Origin: a virus | Virus record (IMG/VR): IMGVR_UViG_3300020159_000429 | Coordinates: 18,577 to 82,576 of that record | Reading direction: 5' to 3' (one strand) | DNA length: 64,000 bases | Part shown: positions 28,064 to 37,843 of the stretch, one piece after another | Layout of the letters: the number at the start of each line of letters is the position of its first letter | Position numbering within the stretch: position 1 is the first letter of the stretch | Notes under the pieces: generated by a model | What the model was told of the DNA's origin: nothing | Database searches by the model: none | The model's input: only the letters and a program-made list of their open reading frames with translations | Position numbers and translations under genes: made by a program

Positions 28064-29686
28064 ATGCCATATCAAATTAACAAATTTAGCGGAGACCGAC
28101 TAGTAATACTAGAAGATGGTACACTAGACTCTACTACGAACCTCAATCTAGTAGGCAAAAATTTTGCCGGCTACGGCGAAACACAAAATGAAAACTTTGT
28201 GTGGATGCTAGAAAATTTTGCCGGTGGGATCGCTCCTGGAAAACCGTTATCGGGCCAACTGTGGTATGATTCTATTACAAAAAGAATTAACGTTTACACA
28301 GGTTCTTCTTGGAATGTAGTAGGCGGAACAAAAATTTCTAGTACAGAACCTCTTGATCCAGCCCCAGGCGACGGGTGGTATGAATCTGACAGCGGTAAAT
28401 TTTATGTATATGACGGAACTGATTTTCAATTTGTAGGTCCGGAAACTGTAGTAGGGTTTGGAAATACTCGACACATGTCAACTACGGTAATTGATTCTGT
28501 TGGAAACCCTGTACCAGTTATTCAAACAGTAATCAATGACGCAATAATATCTATTACTACTGACAGAGCATTTACACCGTTAACTCTTATTACTGGATTT
28601 ACATCATTTGTTAAAGGCGTCAATCTTTCAACATCATCAACAATTAACGGCAGCATCACCGGAAATGCTGGTTCAGCAAATCAACTATCAACAATAAGAA
28701 ATATCAACGGTGTTGGATTTAACGGCAGCTCAAATATTACAATTACAGCAGCAACACCAGAAGATTTAATAGCCGGCAATTATATAACAGGTTCTACGTT
28801 TGATGGGTCAGCACCAGTTACGTGGAATGTTAATGCGTCATCAAATAATATTCAAAATACTGTAGTTGCTCGCGACAGTTCTGGAAATTTTGCTGCTAAT
28901 ACTGTAGTAGCTAATCTCACAGGCAATACTATTGGAACACACACTGGCCCAGTTGTTGGCGGAGTGACTGGCAACGTTCTTGGCAATGTTACTGGCAATG
29001 TACTTGGCAATGTTACAGGTGATGTTGTTGGCAATCTTACAGGTTCGGTAATAGGTAATGTTCAAGGAAATATCAAAGGTAGTTTAGTTGCCAGTGATAA
29101 CTCTGTTGCCTACGACGGTGTAACAAAAATATTTACAGGAACATTCACTGGTAACGCTACGTCGGCTACTAGACTTCAAAATGAAATATTAATTAATAAT
29201 GTTCCGTTTACTGGCCAGTCTAGCATAACTGTGTTTGACAATACAAAATTTCCTACAACTGGCGGGGAACTAACTGGTCCGTTAGTGTTAGCAAATGACC
29301 CCACAACAGGATTAGGTGCTGCTACAAAACAATATGTTGACTCTCGTGATCAAATAATTAAGTCTGAAGTTATCGCATTATTTCCAACAAACTATGTTAT
29401 TACCTACGGTAACACTCAGTACAGTCAAGCAGGATTTACTAATCAAGTAGGTTCGTTTAATTTTGGTGCAAACTTTTTTGACGTTTTTCCTCCTATGGGA
29501 AAAACAATAGGAGACCTTGAAGCATTTATTCCTAGTATTGCTGTTATTCACTACGCAGGTCGAGTTGACGGAAACGATTCGATGGTTTGTACTTGGAGCA
29601 ATTTAGGCGATAGGATTAGAGTTTATGTACAGAATACAGAACAACGATCAACCCCAGCTGCCAACTGGTTAGCTATTTGGAGATAA
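28064..29686 (+). CDS. Tail fibre protein (paralog 3) with GNVT repeats and a C-terminal receptor-binding tip
   Basis: Shared N-terminal module; RNINGVGFNGSSNITI and AATKQYVD fibre motifs; ends in WLAIWR; followed by a chaperone-like gene. Confidence 0.8.
   Translation: MPYQINKFSGDRLVILEDGTLDSTTNLNLVGKNFAGYGETQNENFVWMLENFAGGIAPGKPLSGQLWYDSITKRINVYTGSSWNVVGGTKISSTEPLDPAPGDGWYESDSGKFYVYDGTDFQFVGPETVVGFGNTRHMSTTVIDSVGNPVPVIQTVINDAIISITTDRAFTPLTLITGFTSFVKGVNLSTSSTINGSITGNAGSANQLSTIRNINGVGFNGSSNITITAATPEDLIAGNYITGSTFDGSAPVTWNVNASSNNIQNTVVARDSSGNFAANTVVANLTGNTIGTHTGPVVGGVTGNVLGNVTGNVLGNVTGDVVGNLTGSVIGNVQGNIKGSLVASDNSVAYDGVTKIFTGTFTGNATSATRLQNEILINNVPFTGQSSITVFDNTKFPTTGGELTGPLVLANDPTTGLGAATKQYVDSRDQIIKSEVIALFPTNYVITYGNTQYSQAGFTNQVGSFNFGANFFDVFPPMGKTIGDLEAFIPSIAVIHYAGRVDGNDSMVCTWSNLGDRIRVYVQNTEQRSTPAANWLAIWR
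28920..29080 (+). repeat. Degenerate 12-nt coding tandem repeat (G-N/D-V-T/L/V)n
   Basis: ggcaacgttctt ggcaatgttact ggcaatgtactt ggcaatgttaca ggtgatgttgtt ggcaatcttaca... Confidence 0.8.
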
Positions 29687-29687
29687 C

Positions 29688-30047
29688 ATGTACTACGTTT
29701 GTATAGAAAATAATCAAATCACAACAATATTAAATTATCAGCCTAATGTTCCTGATACTGTTTTAGTGACTGAAATTACCAATGAACAATATGATCAACT
29801 TGTTAACAACACACATTTTTTTAATGTGGCAACAAACGCAGTTGAGTCGTTGACTAATGAACAAATACTTGCTAAGTCAACGTTTGATCAAAACAGTGTA
29901 CATAGAGAATTTTTAAACACTACTGATTGGCAAGTACTAAGACACATAAGACAAAAGGCATTGGCGGTGCCCACAACATTAACAGACGCCGAATATTTAG
30001 AATTAGAACAGCAAAGACAAACTGCTGCTGACAGCATAACAGAATAA
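29688..30047 (+). CDS. Tail fibre assembly chaperone-like protein
   Basis: REFLNTTDWQV.RH...RQ.A motif typical of Tfa-like chaperones; directly after a fibre gene. Confidence 0.65.
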   Translation: MYYVCIENNQITTILNYQPNVPDTVLVTEITNEQYDQLVNNTHFFNVATNAVESLTNEQILAKSTFDQNSVHREFLNTTDWQVLRHIRQKALAVPTTLTDAEYLELEQQRQTAADSITE

Positions 30048-30059
30048 TAGGAGCAAGTA

Positions 30060-31841
30060 ATGCCATACCAGATTGATAGATATAACGGGTCGTTCTTTAT
30101 AGAGGTACCCGATCAAACGGTCGATAGTTCTAGCTGCGACTTGAAATTAATTGGCAAAAACTATGCCGGGTATGGTGAAGTCACTAACGAAAATATACTA
30201 TACTTATTAGAAAACTTTAGAGGATTTAGTGCTCCGAGAAGACCGCTCACTGGTCAAATATGGTACGATGAGTTATCTAACAAGATTAAATTCTATGACG
30301 ACACCCAACAATGGAAGACAGTCTCAGTAACAGACGTAGCATTGTTAGCACCTACAGGGTTATCTGTAAAAGACAAAGGTAATCTATGGTATAACGATAC
30401 ACTAAAACAATTGAATGTGTGGGACGGTGCTGACTATGTTATTATTGGACCTGAGCTAGCTGTAGGGTTTGGGAAAACTAAACTCAGTTCAACTACCATT
30501 CGTGATAATGGAAACGTTGAACATGCTCTCATAGAAGTTTATAATAACGAAAAAGTTGTAGCAACAATTAGCTCGACCGAATTTGATATTGGTGTTATTG
30601 ACACTATTGCCGGCTTTACAAGAATTAAACAAGGCTTTACATTAGTTGACACACCGTCTACTGGAGTAACAACTTCTGGTTACAAATATTGGGGTACTGC
30701 AAGCAACACAGAAAAATTTAGTGGATTTACTACCGCTGATTTTGTAATGCGAGGGATGAACGGATCAACATTTGGCGATACTGGTGTAACACTAGGTGAT
30801 GACAGTGATTTAAAAATATTTGTTGAAGACTTTAATAAAGTAGTAATATCAAGCCAATTAAATGGTCCTTTAAAAATTCGTGTTAAAAATGGAAATATCA
30901 ACAATGATGTTGCTATTTTTACAGAAGCTGGTATGGAGCCTAACACTACTGAAATATATAATTTAGGCTCAAATAGTAAAAAGTGGAATGAGATACACTC
31001 TAAAGATGTATTCGGTAATGTACGAGGAACTCTACAAGGTGATTTGCTGGCAGAAGATGATCAAGTAATGTTTGACGCTAGTCTTAAAGAATTTTACGGA
31101 ACACACGTAGGCACTCAACAAGGCGATATTAGAGCAGCAGATAATTCTCTTTGCTTTGATTCTTCTGCCAGAGCATTTATTGGTGCCCAAGGAACATTTA
31201 CTAACATTACTACAGATTTATTGACATTGATAGACAAAGTAATTGGAGACCTTAAAGGTGATATCTATGCCAGCGATGATACTATTGCTTACAACGCAGG
31301 CACAAAAACCTTTACCGGCACATTAACAGGCAATGCTGCTACTGCGTCTAAATTCCAGTCTCCAAAATTTATCAACGGTGTTCCGTTCGATGGATCAGAG
31401 AATATCAATGTAGTTGACGAAACAAGAGTTGCTAAGACTGGCGGTGTTATGTCAGGTTATTTGACTTTAGTTGATGACCCAATTAATGAAAAACATGCTG
31501 CTACTAAAAAATACGTTGACGATCAAATTGCCAATAAAACGTTATATTTTAGTTTAGATACCAAGGGGCTATCAATAATAGGCGCTGGTGTTGGATCAGT
31601 TGCTGGATTATTAAATCAACTAGCACCACCATTAAATTTCCGTGTCGGTACAATGGCACATATTGCCAGCACAATACAGAATGTTTCAACATCTACTTCT
31701 ATATCTAGAGGAGGTTGGATTAGCGTGTCATTTGTAAGCAATGTGTCAGTAACAACTACAGTTGACAATCCGTCACGCAATAACTCATTAATTTACAGAG
31801 TTAATTCTATTCAATCGAGTTGGGAATATGTCTCAGGTTAA
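30060..31841 (+). CDS. Tail fibre protein (paralog 4)
   Basis: Shared N-terminal module; INGVPFDGSENI and HAATKKYVD motifs. Confidence 0.78.
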   Translation: MPYQIDRYNGSFFIEVPDQTVDSSSCDLKLIGKNYAGYGEVTNENILYLLENFRGFSAPRRPLTGQIWYDELSNKIKFYDDTQQWKTVSVTDVALLAPTGLSVKDKGNLWYNDTLKQLNVWDGADYVIIGPELAVGFGKTKLSSTTIRDNGNVEHALIEVYNNEKVVATISSTEFDIGVIDTIAGFTRIKQGFTLVDTPSTGVTTSGYKYWGTASNTEKFSGFTTADFVMRGMNGSTFGDTGVTLGDDSDLKIFVEDFNKVVISSQLNGPLKIRVKNGNINNDVAIFTEAGMEPNTTEIYNLGSNSKKWNEIHSKDVFGNVRGTLQGDLLAEDDQVMFDASLKEFYGTHVGTQQGDIRAADNSLCFDSSARAFIGAQGTFTNITTDLLTLIDKVIGDLKGDIYASDDTIAYNAGTKTFTGTLTGNAATASKFQSPKFINGVPFDGSENINVVDETRVAKTGGVMSGYLTLVDDPINEKHAATKKYVDDQIANKTLYFSLDTKGLSIIGAGVGSVAGLLNQLAPPLNFRVGTMAHIASTIQNVSTSTSISRGGWISVSFVSNVSVTTTVDNPSRNNSLIYRVNSIQSSWEYVSG

Positions 31842-32325
31842 ACTAGTTAAAAACTATCTTACTAATGTAGACGAGATTATTACTCTGGCTGAAAAGCATA
31901 GAGATAAATTTTCTAGTCGAACCGATAATGACACTCACAACTTTAAAACCACCTACGGTAACAGCAAATTAAAAAGCCTATTTTATTTTAATATGGATGA
32001 CGAATTAAAGGCTGCTATCACTAAGACAATTCCAGACGATCCTAGATTTATTACCAGCATGACTATCAACAGATATGACCCGGGTGATTATCTACTAAGA
32101 CACAAGGATAGCATTGGCGGATATTGGAAATTTAAATTAATATTCTTACAAAGTGAAAACCCGCATTTCAAATATTTTGACGATAGCGGCACTGAACACA
32201 TTGTAGAAGAAGAGCCCGGAGCATACGTTGATATGCCCATTCACTTCGAACACGAAGTTACAGAAATTGGACTTAACGAACAGTCTAAATACAGTTTAGT
32301 TTTAGCATGGGGAAGGATAGGATAA
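31828..32325 (+). CDS. 2OG-Fe(II) oxygenase
   Basis: INRYDPGDYLLRHKD (HxD) ... HEV ... KYSLV facial-triad pattern. Confidence 0.8.
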   Translation: MSQVKLVKNYLTNVDEIITLAEKHRDKFSSRTDNDTHNFKTTYGNSKLKSLFYFNMDDELKAAITKTIPDDPRFITSMTINRYDPGDYLLRHKDSIGGYWKFKLIFLQSENPHFKYFDDSGTEHIVEEEPGAYVDMPIHFEHEVTEIGLNEQSKYSLVLAWGRIG

Positions 32326-32795
32326 TGTCTAAGAAATCAAGAGATTTATTGTTTATAAAAAGCACCGGTGTGTTAATTGGTGAAATAACACCAGAAACAG
32401 ATACTCAAACCTTAAACCTGGACAACTTTGTTGTTAAAACAGTTGACCTAGATGAGGATATTGGTGACTATTGGTACGGTGATTACACTACTGGCGAAGT
32501 AAGATCAAGGGCAGACAAGCCTGTAATTACAGAATCGTATGTAAAGTATAATACTAATGTGTCTATTTTAAATGAATATCCAATACACAAACAATTGAAT
32601 ATTTTAATAGACCTATTAGCCAACAGTGATCTGCCTAAAACTGCTGAATTTACTGCTATGGTTGAGTTTTTAAATTCGTCTAAAGCTAATCACCGAGAAC
32701 AGATCCAGGCATATTCAACAAATCCTAATGCTTACACCTTTGTTTCTGAAGCTGAAGAAAAAGAAATTATAGCAAAAAAGCAGAATTTTGAATAA
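32325..32795 (+). CDS. Hypothetical protein (possible fibre chaperone)
   Basis: ORF in the fibre cluster; start taken at MSKK after the TAATG overlap. Confidence 0.5.
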   Translation: MSKKSRDLLFIKSTGVLIGEITPETDTQTLNLDNFVVKTVDLDEDIGDYWYGDYTTGEVRSRADKPVITESYVKYNTNVSILNEYPIHKQLNILIDLLANSDLPKTAEFTAMVEFLNSSKANHREQIQAYSTNPNAYTFVSEAEEKEIIAKKQNFE

Positions 32796-32804
32796 TAAAA
32801 TACG

Positions 32805-32811
32805 ATAAATA
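32805..32811 (+). promoter_or_regulatory. Late promoter ATAAATA
   Basis: Intergenic ATAAATA upstream of fibre paralog 5. Confidence 0.6.
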
Positions 32812-32832
32812 CAGAGAATTGGACGAACAACT

Positions 32833-34629
32833 ATGACATACCGCGTAGACAGATATAACGGAACGTTTTTAACAAATGTTTCAGACGGAACCATTGACAG
32901 TACCACAGACCTTAAGTTTGTTGGTAGAAATTATACTGGCTACGGTGAAGTACAAAACGAAAACTTTTTACATCTATTAGAAAATTTTGCCAATACTGTG
33001 CCACCAACAAAACCAATTAGTGGCCAAGTGTGGTACGATTCTGTTAATAAAAAATTAAAATTCTATGACGGTACTAAATTTAAAGTAGCTAACGGTGCTG
33101 AGATTGCGTCTAGTCCTCCGCCGGGTCTAACTGCTGGTGATTTTTGGTTTGACACTAATACCAATCAGCTATCAGCATGGAACGGATCAAGTTTTGTTCT
33201 TATCGGGCCACAAAGTGCTCCGGGATTCGGAACATCGCAAATTGTAACTCAGGTTGTAAAAGATTCTAATAATACTAGCCATGTAATTTTACGTGCGGTA
33301 GTTGGCGGAGTTACTACTGCTATTTTTAATAATGATGACGATTTTACTTTATCGACCTCAAATAACATTGCTGGATTTTCAGAATCAGGGCGTCAAGTTA
33401 AAAAAGGTATTACTTTAAATTCTGTAAGTTCGACTGGAGTAAGCACAGGTCAAGTATTTTGGGGAACTGCTAGTGACGCTCAAAAACTTGGCGGTGTTTC
33501 GCCAGCTAACTATATTCGTTCAGATATTGAAGGCGGTTTTAATAACACAATTGGATTCCAGGCTGGGTTAACAGTTGGAACTAGTATTAGAAAAGATTTA
33601 AAAATTTATGTAAACTCCTCAGTTGGTCAACAACCAATCATTGAAAATCAAATTAACGGTCAGATATTAGTTAGAATCAGTAATGGCGCATCAAATATTG
33701 ACAAAGATGACATGATGATTTTCTCCAGACAAATTTATGATGTAGCTGATCAAGATTCAGAATTCTGTATTTTACCAGGAGCAACGTCAAAATACAATCT
33801 CGGATATGCTGGTAAAAAATGGAATAAAATATTTGCTGAACATCTGTTTGGCGATGTTGAAGGCGATGTTATTGGAAATTCAACAGGTGTTCACAAGGGT
33901 AGTGTTAGGGATAACTCAAACGTTATTTCTTTTGATGCTGACACAAGAACATTCTTTGGAAAATTTGAAGGCGAATTTGCCGGTCCTATTGTAGGACAAG
34001 CATCGTCTGCTATTTCTGCTACACGGTTACAAGTTGGTTTAAACATTTATAATCCTAGTGATTTAGCATTGCCCGGATCAGCATCGATCCCGATTAGAAC
34101 AGCTAACGGAACAATCAGTGCTGTGTTGTTTAATGGTCAATCTGTAGATACACAGTCAATAGAAGGACGCTTGCCATCAGTTGAAAAAGATCCAGATACT
34201 GTTGTACTAAGAACAGTCGGTGGTGACATCAATGCTAGATTCTTTAACGGTACTTCAACAAGCTCTAGATATGCTGACTTAGCAGAAAAATATCTAGCTG
34301 ATAGGGAATACGCTGTGGGTACAGTAGTAGCTATTGGTGGTGAAGCAGAAGTTACTGAAGTACAATTTGGTGTTAGAGCTATTGGTGTTGTTTCGGAAAA
34401 CCCAGCATTCAGAATGAACGAAGATTTAGAAAACGGAACATATATAGCATTAAAGGGAAGAGTTCCTGTTAAGGTAATTGGAGCTGTTAGGAAGGGTGAT
34501 AGGCTAGTAGCAGCAAGCAATGGCTGTGCTATCAGAGCCAGTTTTCATCAACATCCGGATGTGTTTGCCATAGCCTTAGAAACATCAGACAACATAGAAA
34601 TCAAATTAATAGAAGCACTAGTGCTATAA
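32833..34629 (+). CDS. Tail fibre protein (paralog 5) with C-terminal intramolecular chaperone / autocleavage domain (peptidase G2-like)
   Basis: Shared N-terminal module; RYADLAEKY...GTVV.IGG...IGVVSENPA...IALKGRVPVKV.G.V.KGD.L. Confidence 0.8.
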   Translation: MTYRVDRYNGTFLTNVSDGTIDSTTDLKFVGRNYTGYGEVQNENFLHLLENFANTVPPTKPISGQVWYDSVNKKLKFYDGTKFKVANGAEIASSPPPGLTAGDFWFDTNTNQLSAWNGSSFVLIGPQSAPGFGTSQIVTQVVKDSNNTSHVILRAVVGGVTTAIFNNDDDFTLSTSNNIAGFSESGRQVKKGITLNSVSSTGVSTGQVFWGTASDAQKLGGVSPANYIRSDIEGGFNNTIGFQAGLTVGTSIRKDLKIYVNSSVGQQPIIENQINGQILVRISNGASNIDKDDMMIFSRQIYDVADQDSEFCILPGATSKYNLGYAGKKWNKIFAEHLFGDVEGDVIGNSTGVHKGSVRDNSNVISFDADTRTFFGKFEGEFAGPIVGQASSAISATRLQVGLNIYNPSDLALPGSASIPIRTANGTISAVLFNGQSVDTQSIEGRLPSVEKDPDTVVLRTVGGDINARFFNGTSTSSRYADLAEKYLADREYAVGTVVAIGGEAEVTEVQFGVRAIGVVSENPAFRMNEDLENGTYIALKGRVPVKVIGAVRKGDRLVAASNGCAIRASFHQHPDVFAIALETSDNIEIKLIEALVL

Positions 34630-34639
34630 GGAAATAAGA

Positions 34640-35866
34640 ATGCCAACAATTACACCAGGAGTAACCCCAATATCATTTAGTGACTGGGATAATTTATATA
34701 ATACGCTGTTAACTATTATAGGACCAATCGCAGTTGATAATACTGGAAAACCTTTGTCTAGTTCTAAGGGTAACGGATACGGTTTAACTTCGGCTTTTTT
34801 AAATTCTGCCCCTTATCCTTTTACAAAAACAATCACATCAATAAGTAGAGCTAACCCTGCAGTAGTATCAACAGGTTCGGTTAACCATGGGTTTCAAAAC
34901 GGGGATATTGTTTATCTTTCAGGATTGCCAGGTGCGTGGGCTAGTTCTAGTCTAGAAGGCCAATATTTTGAAGTAGCTAATCGAACTAACACTACGTTTG
35001 CCTTAAAAGATACGTTTCTAGCAACGTTTGGAACACCATTTGCTGGAACAGGTACGGTCACACAACCAATTGTTCATAAAAGTCAATTTGACAGGATTAA
35101 ACTAGACTTAGACGCAGTGTATACACATATATTTGCTACAAATTCAAGCACGACTGGGCCAACTAGAAACACAACAATTCAAGGATCTGTTTACAATCAA
35201 TATTATACAGCAATTGATCAAGCACTGGCAAATAAGTTAGTGATAAAAACTTACGACGAAGTACTAGCAGCATCTAGAACACAAACATCAACATGGGGTG
35301 ATGGGGCCGCAGGACTTGATGCCGAGTTTACAATCACTTGGCCAGATGAATTAAAGTTTTTTCAATACTGGAATACCGGAAGCATGATTCGATTTGGTCT
35401 AACTATCACTGATCCGCAAACATCCGGCCAGCAAGCTGCCAAAGAGGCTAGCTGGGTACAAGTAGCAACTGATAATTTTCCAATGTATTACCCTGGGTTT
35501 ACTAAAGCTATAATGGGTTATAATTCAACTACGTTTGCTCCTGGTAGAACGACAGACACCAACAATTTTACAGATGAAGGTGCGTTTACATCATCAACAG
35601 TGGGGTTCTCACAGATCTACGATAAAAGACCTACAAGTGGTACATACAATACCAACTACATAAGAATGGAACATTTTAGAACAGTAGGTAACCCGGCTCA
35701 AATTCAATTTAGACTAAACTTACAAGATCAAGTAAACAACGCATTTACTGGTGGCGTGACCGCTAATGTTACGTTCACTGTCAGTTTAATATACACAAAA
35801 ACACCAATTCCTCTAAGTTGGGATCCATCCACACAAATTACTGTCAGTTTCACAAATAACCTCTAA
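34640..35866 (+). CDS. Virion structural protein with FCCH-like beta domain
   Basis: ITSISRANPAVV....HGFQNGDIVYLSG...LEGQYFEV motif, as in E1-FCCH-like phage tail domains; Thr-rich. Confidence 0.55.
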   Translation: MPTITPGVTPISFSDWDNLYNTLLTIIGPIAVDNTGKPLSSSKGNGYGLTSAFLNSAPYPFTKTITSISRANPAVVSTGSVNHGFQNGDIVYLSGLPGAWASSSLEGQYFEVANRTNTTFALKDTFLATFGTPFAGTGTVTQPIVHKSQFDRIKLDLDAVYTHIFATNSSTTGPTRNTTIQGSVYNQYYTAIDQALANKLVIKTYDEVLAASRTQTSTWGDGAAGLDAEFTITWPDELKFFQYWNTGSMIRFGLTITDPQTSGQQAAKEASWVQVATDNFPMYYPGFTKAIMGYNSTTFAPGRTTDTNNFTDEGAFTSSTVGFSQIYDKRPTSGTYNTNYIRMEHFRTVGNPAQIQFRLNLQDQVNNAFTGGVTANVTFTVSLIYTKTPIPLSWDPSTQITVSFTNNL

Positions 35867-35871
35867 TCTAG

Positions 35872-35902
35872 TTAGCTCGGCATATATAACATGTCGAGCT
35901 AA
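35872..35902 (+). promoter_or_regulatory. 12-bp stem-loop immediately before the start codon of the glycosyltransferase cassette
   Basis: TTAGCTCGGCAT-ATATAAC-ATGTCGAGCTAA (one G-U pair), no U-tract, ends 3 nt before ATG 35906. Confidence 0.6.
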
Positions 35903-35905
35903 ACT

Positions 35906-36226
35906 ATGGAAAAATCTCTTGAAACTATAATTAAAAAATCTGACAGGCTGTTAGCTGTCAAGATGAAACGTCAATCCCTCAAAGAAAAATTTGACGCAAA
36001 CATTACATTTGGCCTAAATGGTGGTATTTTTAAAATAGACCAATCACTGATATCATTTGTTAATACAATTATATCACTAGGTAAAACTCAAAATGTTGTA
36101 TTACTTGATGTAAATCAAACACCAATCGTAATCGAGGATCTTAATTGTTTCCTACAACAAATTGTAGATCAGTATTTTATGTCTTTGGGTGCGTATCACG
36201 CAGGATATCAAGATCTTAAAAAATGA
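35906..36226 (+). CDS. Hypothetical protein, first gene of the GT cassette
   Basis: ORF coupled by ATGA to the next gene. Confidence 0.6.
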   Translation: MEKSLETIIKKSDRLLAVKMKRQSLKEKFDANITFGLNGGIFKIDQSLISFVNTIISLGKTQNVVLLDVNQTPIVIEDLNCFLQQIVDQYFMSLGAYHAGYQDLKK

Positions 36227-36996
36227 ATAACGGTGTAGTAATTTTTGGTCACAATTCCAAAGATATTGATTATGTAAAATTAGCTGACATATCTGCTAGA
36301 CTTGTTGTGGCTAATTTAAAAGTTCCTGTTACTTTAATCACTGATAGTGTGTCATTATCAAACACAACAACATCTCTTAAAAACATTGACAATTTAGTTG
36401 TACTTGATCGACCATCTACTAATAATACTCGGGTGCTGTTAGGATCAACGACAGAGTTTATTAATACCAATCGATATGTTGCTTATCAATATACCCCCTA
36501 CGATAAAACACTACTAATTGATTCTGATCTATTGATCCTATCTAATAAATTAAGTGCCTACTGGAATTCGACTCGAGAGTTTTTGATTACTGGAAGTATG
36601 ACAGTGTTAGATGGCACGTTGTCAGACAGAGAAAAAAAATTATCACCAACAACAATTCCGATGAGATGGGCAACCGCTATTATGTTTTCTAAAACAGAGT
36701 ATGTTGAGACTATATTTAAAACAGTCAAATATATCCAAGATAATTGGTTTTATTTTATAGACCTATATAACATGCCTCCTTGTAGTTTTAGAAACGATTA
36801 TGCGTTTACTATTGCTAATCACATTGTTAACGGGTTTGTTCCTACAGATAATTTTCTTCCAACACCCCTAATGGCATTAGAACATCAGTCTTTAGAAAAA
36901 CTCGATGTTGATCACGCAGTAATAGACAGTACTATTATACAATCCGATATTCATGTAATGAACAAATACAGTATATTAGGAGTTGAGTTTGAATAA
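36223..36996 (+). CDS. GT-A fold glycosyltransferase-like (GT8-like)
   Basis: TPYDKTLLIDSD (DxD) and RNDYAF motifs. Confidence 0.65.
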   Translation: MNNGVVIFGHNSKDIDYVKLADISARLVVANLKVPVTLITDSVSLSNTTTSLKNIDNLVVLDRPSTNNTRVLLGSTTEFINTNRYVAYQYTPYDKTLLIDSDLLILSNKLSAYWNSTREFLITGSMTVLDGTLSDREKKLSPTTIPMRWATAIMFSKTEYVETIFKTVKYIQDNWFYFIDLYNMPPCSFRNDYAFTIANHIVNGFVPTDNFLPTPLMALEHQSLEKLDVDHAVIDSTIIQSDIHVMNKYSILGVEFE

Positions 36997-37843
36997 TGAT
37001 TTTGGATATCTAATAGTAATATCAAAGAGTACAGCTCATCGGTACGACCTGATGGCAATATTACTAGCACAATCTATTAAGCATACTCAAAAGAGCGGAT
37101 ACGATAAAGTTGCTGTAGTTACCGATGACAAAGAAAAATTGTCTTGGTTACAGGGCATGCCTTATTTTGATCAAGTAATTTTTTGGGACAACAAAAATTA
37201 TTGGGATGGCCGATCATGGATGGATGAATTATCTCCATGGAAATATACTGTATGTCTTGATGCCGACATGATATTTTTTAGAGATACTAGTCATTGGGTT
37301 GACTACTTTATTCAACACTCGTATCTTTATATTGCTAATACTGTATTACAGTACAACGGCGAGGTACTCAACAATACATTTTGCCGAGGTACATTTATAG
37401 CAAATAAACTTCCGTCGTTATATTCTGCTTATACGTTTTTTGACAAGTCAGATAAATCAAAAGAATTTTTTGAACTAGGCAGACAAATACTATTAAATCC
37501 TATAGAATTTAAAAATTGCTTTTTATCAAAACATATTCCCAACGTGATTGGTACTGATGAAGCTTTTGCTCTAGCAGCAAAGATATTAGATATAGACAAC
37601 GATATTGCTTACCCGTTGACATTTCCAAGATTTACACATTTAAAATCTATTCTTCAAACAGGGGTAAATGGCGGATCGATTCCTTTAGAGCTTGGCTATT
37701 ATTTTGATGACAGTAATTTTAAAATTGGAGTCTTTAATCAAACAGAACTGCTTCATTATGCCGATAAAGATTTAGATATTGGGATGTTAATTGACCTCTA
37801 TCAAAAAAAGTTTATGAAATTAATAAAGGCACACGATGAATAG
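36983..37843 (+). CDS. GT-A fold glycosyltransferase-like (GT8-like), paralog of the preceding gene
   Basis: SPWKYTVCLDADM (DxD), TDEAFA, FTHLK, LLHY motifs. Confidence 0.7.
   Translation: MSLNNDFGYLIVISKSTAHRYDLMAILLAQSIKHTQKSGYDKVAVVTDDKEKLSWLQGMPYFDQVIFWDNKNYWDGRSWMDELSPWKYTVCLDADMIFFRDTSHWVDYFIQHSYLYIANTVLQYNGEVLNNTFCRGTFIANKLPSLYSAYTFFDKSDKSKEFFELGRQILLNPIEFKNCFLSKHIPNVIGTDEAFALAAKILDIDNDIAYPLTFPRFTHLKSILQTGVNGGSIPLELGYYFDDSNFKIGVFNQTELLHYADKDLDIGMLIDLYQKKFMKLIKAHDE

Noticed and set aside
28920-29080. Tandem repeat as a possible CRISPR array or DGR element
   Set aside because: In-frame 12-nt degenerate coding repeat without spacers; no reverse transcriptase or template repeat seen in the window.
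34640-35866. Ubiquitin-like system suggested by the E1-FCCH-like domain
   Set aside because: This small beta domain is common in phage tail proteins; no E1, E2 or Ubl motifs are present.
1246-36470. Many short minus-strand ORFs inside structural genes
   Set aside because: Antisense shadows of long coding frames, with no SD and no motifs.
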